Assembly: GCA_015478645.1 (NCBI GenBank)
Contig: JADMIL010000003.1
Location: 1,543 to 65,542, forward strand
DNA from: Candidatus Binataceae bacterium
GTDB taxonomy: Bacteria > Desulfobacterota > Binatia > Binatales > Binataceae
DNA: 64,000 bases
Direction: 5' to 3'
Shown: piece by piece, positions 58,141 through 64,000 of the stretch
How the letters are laid out: each line of letters begins with the position of its first letter
Numbering within the stretch: position 1 is the stretch's first letter
Made by a program: the position numbers and the translations under genes
The notes under the pieces: model-generated
Told to the model about the DNA's origin: nothing
Seen by the model: only the letters and a program-made list of their open reading frames with translations
The model's database searches: none

Positions 58141-59055
58141 ATGGCGAGTGTCGCACAACTCGGGTATCTGGGTCTCAGCGTCAGCAAGCTCGACGAATGG
58201 GAAAAATTCGCGACCGGCGTGCTTGGCTTGCAAGCCGCGGGCACCGACGCCGCCGGCGATCTGTTCCTGCGGATGGACGAATATCACCATCGCTTTATCG
58301 TGCGCGGCGGCGGTGACGACGACTTAGCCTTCATCGGCTGGGAGGTCGCCAATCAACAGGCGCTGCGCGAGCTGGCGGCGCAGATCAAGGCGGCGGGCGT
58401 CGAAGTCCGCGCCGGCACGTCCGACGAGGCGGCGGCGCGGCGCGTTGGTGAGTTGATCAAGTTCAACGACCCGAGCGGTATCGCGACCGAAGTCTACTAC
58501 GGCCCGCTGATCACGTTCGAGAAGCCGTTTCAGTCGCCGCGCGCGATTTCCGGCTTCGAGACCGGCGCGATGGGCCTCGGCCACATGGTCATCCGCATCG
58601 ACGACGCGGCGCGCAGCCTCAATTTTTATCGCGACGTACTGGGCATGCGCGTGAGCGATTTCATCGACCTCAAGATGCGGCGCGGACGGCCGACCGACAA
58701 TCTGCGGCTGACCTTCATGCACTGCAATCCGCGGCATCATTCGGTGGCCTTCGGCGAGATTCCGGTGCCCAAGCGCCTGCTCCATTTCATGGTGCAGGTG
58801 CGCTCGCTCGACGACGTCGGCTCGACCTACTACCTGGCACAGGATCTCGGTATCGAGATCTCGGCCTCGCTCGGCCGCCACACCAACGACCACATGGTCT
58901 CGTTCTACATGCGATCGCCGTCGAGCTTCGAGATTGAATATGGCTTCGGCGCGCGCACCGTCGACGACGCCACCTGGCAGGTTCAGCAGCACGAAGCGCC
59001 GAGCATCTGGGGCCATCGCGGACTCGCCGCCGGACCGAAACCGGCGAAAGCCTGA
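58141..59055 (+). CDS. extradiol ring-cleavage dioxygenase, type I (BphC/HsaC-like, VOC fold)
   Basis: AGGAGG Shine-Dalgarno motif. MASVAQLGYLGLSVSKLDEWEKFATGVLGL, and a second VOC module with GLGHMVIRIDD and HTNDHMVSFY. Confidence 0.88.
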   Translation: MASVAQLGYLGLSVSKLDEWEKFATGVLGLQAAGTDAAGDLFLRMDEYHHRFIVRGGGDDDLAFIGWEVANQQALRELAAQIKAAGVEVRAGTSDEAAARRVGELIKFNDPSGIATEVYYGPLITFEKPFQSPRAISGFETGAMGLGHMVIRIDDAARSLNFYRDVLGMRVSDFIDLKMRRGRPTDNLRLTFMHCNPRHHSVAFGEIPVPKRLLHFMVQVRSLDDVGSTYYLAQDLGIEISASLGRHTNDHMVSFYMRSPSSFEIEYGFGARTVDDATWQVQQHEAPSIWGHRGLAAGPKPAKA

Positions 59056-59088
59056 GGCCGCGCTGACCGCCGCGGCGGCCGCCTCAGG
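59051..59088. terminator. GC hairpin between convergent dioxygenase and pth genes
   Basis: CCTGAGGC (59051-59058) pairs with GCCTCAGG (59081-59088), with further partial pairing inside. There is no T tract, and the dioxygenase stop codon lies in the stem. Confidence 0.3.
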
Positions 59089-59099
59089 CGCATTGCCCC

Positions 59100-59753
59100 T
59101 CAGGCGCGTTGATTGTAGCGATTCATTGCGCGGGCGAGGCCGTCGCCGATCACGGCCGCGACCGCCTCGCCCGCGCGATCGAAAATCTCTTCGGCGCCGC
59201 GCAGCTCGTCGCGGCCATACGGCGCGAGCACCCAATCGATATCGCCGAGATGCCCCGCGGGATGGCCGATCCCGACGCGCACGCGGACGAACTCCTTGCC
59301 CACGCTCTCGGCGATCGAGCGCACACCGCGATTGCCCGCGTCACCGCCACCGCGCTTGACGCGCAACTGGCCGGCCGGCAGGTCCATCTCGTCGTGGACC
59401 ACGATTAGCCGCTCGAGCGGCACCTTGAAATAGCCCAGCATCCCGGCGACGCATTCGCCGCTGCGGTTGTAGAAGGTCTGCGGCGCGACCAGCATCAGGA
59501 TCGCCCCGCCGGTGCGCGCCTCGCCGTAGAGGCCGCTGAACTTGCGCTTGGCAATCTGGGCGCCGTGCGCCGCCGCGAGGCGCTCGACGACCATGAAGCC
59601 GGTGTTGTGGCGCGAGCGGCGATACTGTTCGCCGGGGTTACCGAGACCCGCGATCACCCAGCGTATCTCGCCCGCCGCCGCGACGGGCGGCGGAGCGGCC
59701 CCGTCGGCCGGCCGGAAACGATCGAACAGGCGTCCGAACCGGCTCATCGGCAT
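59100..59753 (-). CDS. pth: peptidyl-tRNA hydrolase
   Basis: VIAGLGNPGEQYRRSRHNTGF and DEMDLPAGQLRVKRGGG. The ATG at 59753 gives a roughly 30-aa extension; an internal GTG just before IAGLGNPG is an alternative start. Confidence 0.9.
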   Translation of the reverse strand: MPMSRFGRLFDRFRPADGAAPPPVAAAGEIRWVIAGLGNPGEQYRRSRHNTGFMVVERLAAAHGAQIAKRKFSGLYGEARTGGAILMLVAPQTFYNRSGECVAGMLGYFKVPLERLIVVHDEMDLPAGQLRVKRGGGDAGNRGVRSIAESVGKEFVRVRVGIGHPAGHLGDIDWVLAPYGRDELRGAEEIFDRAGEAVAAVIGDGLARAMNRYNQRA

Positions 59754-59762
59754 AACCGGCGC

Positions 59763-60848
59763 CTAGCCGCGCGCGCGGCGCCGCGGCCGGGCGGCAATCA
59801 CCGGCTTGATCAGCGGTTCGAGCGCCTTGAACAGCGCCGCCATCTCGGCCGGCGTGCCGATCGAGATGCGCAGCGCGTCGCGAAAGACCGAATTCGGAAA
59901 ATGGCGCACGAGCACGCCGCGCCGCCGCAGCGCCGCGCATACCGGTCCCATATCGCGTCCGGCGAGCCGCGCGAGTACGAAGTTCGACGACGACGGCGGC
60001 ACCGTGAAGCCCATCTTGCGCAGCCGTTCTTCGGACGCCGCGCGGGTGCGCTTGACGCGCTCGACGTTGCGCCGCATCCAGCCGGCGTCGGCCAGCGCCT
60101 GGGCGCCAGCGGCCACCGCGATACGACTCAGATTGTAGGAATCCTTCACTTTAAGTAGGGTTTCGATCAGGGGTGGCTGCGCGAACAGCAACCCCAGCCG
60201 CATCCCGGCCAGCGAAAACGACTTCGAGAGCGTGCGCAGCACGATCACGTTGCGATGGCGCCGCACCAGCGCGAGCGCGTTGGTCTCGGCGAAATCGGCA
60301 TAGGCCTCGTCGATCGCCAGCAGGTTGCGCCCCAGCCGCCGCGCCAGCACTGCGAGCGCCTCGGGACTGGCCGCCGTGCCGCACGGCGAGTTGGGACTGC
60401 AGACCACGGTGAGCTGCGCCTGTTCGGCGGCCAGCGCCTCGAGCGGCAGCGCGAAGTCCAAGCCTAGCGGGATCGCGACGATCCGCGCCTCCTGGATTTC
60501 CGCCAGTGTGTCATACAGCGAATAGGTCGGCAGCGCGTAGGCGACCCGATCGCCGTGGCCGAGCGCCGCGCGGAACAACATCGTGAGCAGCTCGTCCGAT
60601 CCGTTGCCGGCCAGGATCATGCCGCGCGGCAGCCCATACAGGCGCGCGGCCGCGGCCACGAATGCGTCGGCGCGCGGCGCCGGATAGAGCCGCAGCGATG
60701 CGCCGGCCTCGGCGATAATCGCGCGACGCACGCCAGGCGACGGCGGATACGGATTTTCGTTGGTGTTGAGCTTGACCAGGCGCTGGCCGGGGCGCGGTTG
60801 TTCACCCGGCGTATACGGCGCCATGCGTTCGATCGCTTCGCGAAACAT
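59763..60848 (-). CDS. hisC: histidinol-phosphate aminotransferase
   Basis: APYTPGEQP ... LNTNENPYPPSP, and a class-II aminotransferase PLP region (SKSFSLAGMRLG). Confidence 0.9.
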   Translation of the reverse strand: MFREAIERMAPYTPGEQPRPGQRLVKLNTNENPYPPSPGVRRAIIAEAGASLRLYPAPRADAFVAAAARLYGLPRGMILAGNGSDELLTMLFRAALGHGDRVAYALPTYSLYDTLAEIQEARIVAIPLGLDFALPLEALAAEQAQLTVVCSPNSPCGTAASPEALAVLARRLGRNLLAIDEAYADFAETNALALVRRHRNVIVLRTLSKSFSLAGMRLGLLFAQPPLIETLLKVKDSYNLSRIAVAAGAQALADAGWMRRNVERVKRTRAASEERLRKMGFTVPPSSSNFVLARLAGRDMGPVCAALRRRGVLVRHFPNSVFRDALRISIGTPAEMAALFKALEPLIKPVIAARPRRRARG

Positions 60849-61010
60849 CGGCTGTTATTTATCCGTTACGCCGCCCGGGCGCGAGACCACCCGCCCACGC
60901 CGCGCTTGTCGCCGCCATCGGCGCGGTCCGCCGCGCGATTCGTTGCACGGTCCGCCGCGCCAGATGATGCCTTCAATCTAGTCTCCACCGCGAAGCCGAC
61001 CAAGGCGCCG

Positions 61011-64000
61011 TCACGGCTTGATCGTATTCGGCACAATGACATTGACCGGGATGCTGAGCGTCTTGGCGACGAACTCGGCGAATGAGGTGATCGGCTTGGG
61101 CACCACTGACGGATTGCTGATTGGCCCGCGCACGTCGAAATAGGCCGCCACCAAGCCCTTGCTGCCCGCCGCGAGATTGTAACCAATAATCGGGATGTGC
61201 TCGACCAGCCAGTTCATCGTGTCGAACGGGATGACGCTCACCTCCATGTTGACCGTACTGTCGCCCAGGCGCACGTCGCCGGTCGCCTTGATATGCATCA
61301 CCGGCCCCGCCAGACGCAGGTCGCGAGTCGTGAAATCGCCGCCATTGCCCTTGAAACCGGCGGTGATCTTGGTGAACGGAATCCCCGTAGCGTTGGCGTC
61401 CGGCAGATGCGCGGTCAGCCAGTTCTTGAGATCGATGAAGCTCATGATGCGCGCGACGAGCGCGAACCGATTGAGCGTGCCGTGGTTGACCTGCAACGCG
61501 AGGTCGCCTTCGAGCGTGTTGAAGAAGTCGACGTCGGTGTTGGCCCGCAGCTTCGCGGCCGCCGTGAGATGGCCGGTCAACGCGGGGGTCTTTTCGCCCG
61601 CGAGCGTGCACAGCGCGACCGCGTCGATCCCGTCGATTTGCCCGCGGATATTAATCCGGTTGTCGGCGCCCGAAAGTCCCGAGACGCCGAATTTCAGCTT
61701 GCCGCCGAGCGCGCCCGCGACAAAATTCGAGACGTGCCACTGGCCGCTCTCGCGATTGAAATCCAGGCTCACCCGGCGCATCGCAAGCTGGCCAAAGTTC
61801 GCTCTGAGCGCCTCGATATGGCCCTCGACCGGCAGGGCAAAGAAACTCACCGTGCCCTTCGGCGACCATGGCAGCCGGATGAATGTCAGGACCTCGAAGT
61901 CCAGCGCGTCGGCGTGCGCGTCGATGTGCAGCAGTGGATGCGCGAAGTCGGCTAGCTGGAGTTTGAAATCCACCGGATGTCCTTCGAGGGTCGCCGCCGG
62001 CAGCTCGAGGTTCATCCCCTTGCCGTCGAGCGCGAGCGTCGCCGACCGGATGACCAGGGGCGCGCGCAGAAAGCCGAACTGCAAATCGCCCGGCCCCATG
62101 GTCAGGCGCCCGCTGATCACCGGTGCGCCGCCGGTGCGCGAATCGCTGTTGGCGGTCAGGCGTCCGCTGATCGCGCCGTGCACCGTCAACTCCTTGGCCT
62201 CGACCATCAGCGGCATCCACGTCCCGGCGCGCAGGTCGTGCGCTTCGATCACGAAACTGCGCAACGACGGCGTCGGACGCGCCGGCACGATCGTGCCGTT
62301 GAGCAACACGCTGCCGCCGTACCGCGTGTCGGTCGCGGCGAGCAATTGCGCCAGATCGATCGCGCCCGGACGCACCCTGACGTTGCCGCTCTCGAGCACG
62401 ATCGCGCCGGGCACACCCGCGAACTCGAACTCGATCCGCCGGGGCGAAATCGTCGCCAGGTAATCGTCCGGTGGCGACCACGCCAGGTTGGCGAACCGGC
62501 CCGACGCTGCGAACTTGACCGCGGAGGTTCCGCTCACGCGCTCGAACCGGCGCGCGAGATCGGGCACGCTCACGCTCAAGATCTTATCTGCCGAGGGATA
62601 GAGTTCGGTCGCCTCGAGCTCTCCGTGGCCGCGAATCCGGTACTTGATCGACGCCGGCGCGCCGCGCAAATCGGCCCTCGCATCGATACCGGCCAAGGTC
62701 GAATTGCCCAGCCTGGCGGTACCCTTGGTGACGGCGAAGACCCCGGCGGTGTAGTCGAAACTGGCCGCCAGCGCATGAATCGGCGGCAGCTTGAGGTCCG
62801 CCGGCGTCTCGATCGCCGCGCCGCTCAACGTCGCTTGTACGGTCAGTGCGTTGCGCAGGGTCTGGGCCGACCAATCGCGCAGCGGCTTCGCGGGCGCAAA
62901 CGCCGCCCCGTCGAGCACGAGTTGGCCCGCCGTCAGCCGCCGCGCCGCATCGCTGAACCATGCCGGCACCGCCTTGAAATAGCGCAATTGCGCGGACAGA
63001 TCGGCCAGTGCGAGGTGCGCACCGGAAAGGCGCAGGGCGACCGTCCGCGCCGCGTCGTAGGGCTGGCCGACGATACATTCGCCGGCCGCCAGTCGCACGC
63101 CATTGCGCGTCAGACTGATCCCGCCGAGGTCAATGCGTGCGGCCGAAGCCGCATATTCCGTATGCAGGGAAAAATCGCCGAGCCCGATCGGGCCGGTAAA
63201 TGGCCGTCCCCGCAGCCCGATTTGCTTGAGCGTGGAGTCGGCGGTTCCGCTCAGCTCGCCGTCTTGTCTTAGCGCAAAGCGCGTGCGGCCATCGATCGTA
63301 CCGGTCGCCATGATCGCGTCGGGACCGGGAAACCGCGCCAGTTTGAAACCCGTAAACGACGTGCGCCCGGCAGCGATTATCTCGCCCGCGGTGCCCGGCT
63401 CCGCGCCCAGGCGAACCTGCCCGATCAGGTGCAACCCGTCGTACGGCGCGTGATGCCACTGCGCATCAAAGGACATGATCCACGGCCAGTGGCCGGGCCG
63501 GCGATAGGCAACCCAACTCAAGTTATCGATCAGCGGCGCGCCGTCGACGTCATGCAGGACCGCGTTGAACAGCTCCACCCGATGCGTCACGCCCGACAGC
63601 GCGTCGAGCGCGGCCAGCAACCGGTTGGCGGCGTTCACGTCGGGCTTCGGCAAACCCTCCGGCGTCACCCCGGCCAGGCTCGCGGGCACGCGAAAAATCG
63701 GATGATCGAGCGCGAGCGCATAGAGCGGCAAGCCGTTGCTGTGAACGATCGCGTGGTAGCTGATCACCGCGCGCAGATCGTCGACGCGGGCGACTTCCAC
63801 GCCGTGCAAATAGATCCGCGGATGGACCAGCCGCACCACCAGGTGATTGCCGAAGGCGACGTGCGTGCCGGCGGGAACGATATTCAGCCCGGTGGCCGCA
63901 TTGATTTGTGCGAGGACGATCCGAACGATGCCGGCCCGGTTGTGCAGGACGATTGCGACGGCACCGCCCGCCACGATAATCACGACCAGCAGGCTCGCGA
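61011..64000 (-). CDS. AsmA-family / YhdP-like giant envelope protein, N-terminus beyond right edge
   Basis: More than 990 aa with repetitive beta-rich sequence. The C-terminal AsmA-like tail is VSVIPFDTMNWLVEHIPIIGYNLAAGSKGLVAAYFDVRGPISNPSV. The frame stays open to the window end, through a TM-like segment. Confidence 0.75.
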   Translation of the reverse strand, partial: ASLLVVIIVAGGAVAIVLHNRAGIVRIVLAQINAATGLNIVPAGTHVAFGNHLVVRLVHPRIYLHGVEVARVDDLRAVISYHAIVHSNGLPLYALALDHPIFRVPASLAGVTPEGLPKPDVNAANRLLAALDALSGVTHRVELFNAVLHDVDGAPLIDNLSWVAYRRPGHWPWIMSFDAQWHHAPYDGLHLIGQVRLGAEPGTAGEIIAAGRTSFTGFKLARFPGPDAIMATGTIDGRTRFALRQDGELSGTADSTLKQIGLRGRPFTGPIGLGDFSLHTEYAASAARIDLGGISLTRNGVRLAAGECIVGQPYDAARTVALRLSGAHLALADLSAQLRYFKAVPAWFSDAARRLTAGQLVLDGAAFAPAKPLRDWSAQTLRNALTVQATLSGAAIETPADLKLPPIHALAASFDYTAGVFAVTKGTARLGNSTLAGIDARADLRGAPASIKYRIRGHGELEATELYPSADKILSVSVPDLARRFERVSGTSAVKFAASGRFANLAWSPPDDYLATISPRRIEFEFAGVPGAIVLESGNVRVRPGAIDLAQLLAATDTRYGGSVLLNGTIVPARPTPSLRSFVIEAHDLRAGTWMPLMVEAKELTVHGAISGRLTANSDSRTGGAPVISGRLTMGPGDLQFGFLRAPLVIRSATLALDGKGMNLELPAATLEGHPVDFKLQLADFAHPLLHIDAHADALDFEVLTFIRLPWSPKGTVSFFALPVEGHIEALRANFGQLAMRRVSLDFNRESGQWHVSNFVAGALGGKLKFGVSGLSGADNRINIRGQIDGIDAVALCTLAGEKTPALTGHLTAAAKLRANTDVDFFNTLEGDLALQVNHGTLNRFALVARIMSFIDLKNWLTAHLPDANATGIPFTKITAGFKGNGGDFTTRDLRLAGPVMHIKATGDVRLGDSTVNMEVSVIPFDTMNWLVEHIPIIGYNLAAGSKGLVAAYFDVRGPISNPSVVPKPITSFAEFVAKTLSIPVNVIVPNTIKP

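Overview
This is a GC-rich (roughly two-thirds G+C by eye), gene-dense chromosomal segment from a diderm (Gram-negative-type) bacterium. The diderm call rests on lptB, surA, an AsmA-family giant protein, lipoproteins and a type II secretion system. All calls come from reading the sequence and the supplied ORF track by eye, with no searches run; gene ends come from the ORF track and starts were re-placed using Shine-Dalgarno motifs and family N-termini.

Content by region:
- 1.4-11.0 kb: a contiguous T2SS operon, gspE-F-G-H-I-J-K-L-M-N.
- 11-31 kb: mixed metabolic and housekeeping genes. These are an alpha/beta hydrolase, LLM oxidoreductase, PaaI thioesterase, bioB, clpP, lptB, zwf, VanZ, GST, SDRs, an exported Vgb-like beta-propeller, a GT87/DUF2029 membrane protein, malQ, a TPR protein, DUF59, an FAD oxidase, a haloalkane dehalogenase and a crotonase.
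- 31-42 kb: 2-hydroxyacid dehydrogenase, PDZ protein, mfd, surA-pdxA, uvrA.
- 42-49 kb: DUF169, tRNA-Cys, a small secreted protein, a B12 mutase-family protein, an ArsA-like ATPase, fabH and fabF.
- 49-59 kb: yqeY, a methyltransferase and a loose meta-cleavage-type catabolic set (LLM monooxygenase, MCP-hydrolase-like, amidohydrolases, panE-like, extradiol dioxygenase).
- 59-64 kb: pth, hisC and a partial AsmA-family protein.

I saw no rRNA, CRISPR array, prophage, integrase, transposase or recognisable defence system, and I cannot point to a clear-cut novel multi-gene system.

The most unusual signals:
1. A family of four ~110-bp palindromic MITE-like elements with GGAACCTCTGCAC termini and CTAA/TTAG flanking duplications. 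Two of them sit exactly on stop codons, and two in inverted orientation bracket the ArsA-like gene.
2. An N-terminally short B12 mutase next to an ArsA-like ATPase with degenerate catalytic motifs.
3. A T2SS operon without secretin, GspC or prepilin peptidase. It has Ala at -1 in two minor pseudopilins and an in-frame 21-bp duplication of the GspJ cleavage motif.
4. Several AT-rich tandem repeats or palindromes in intergenic regions.
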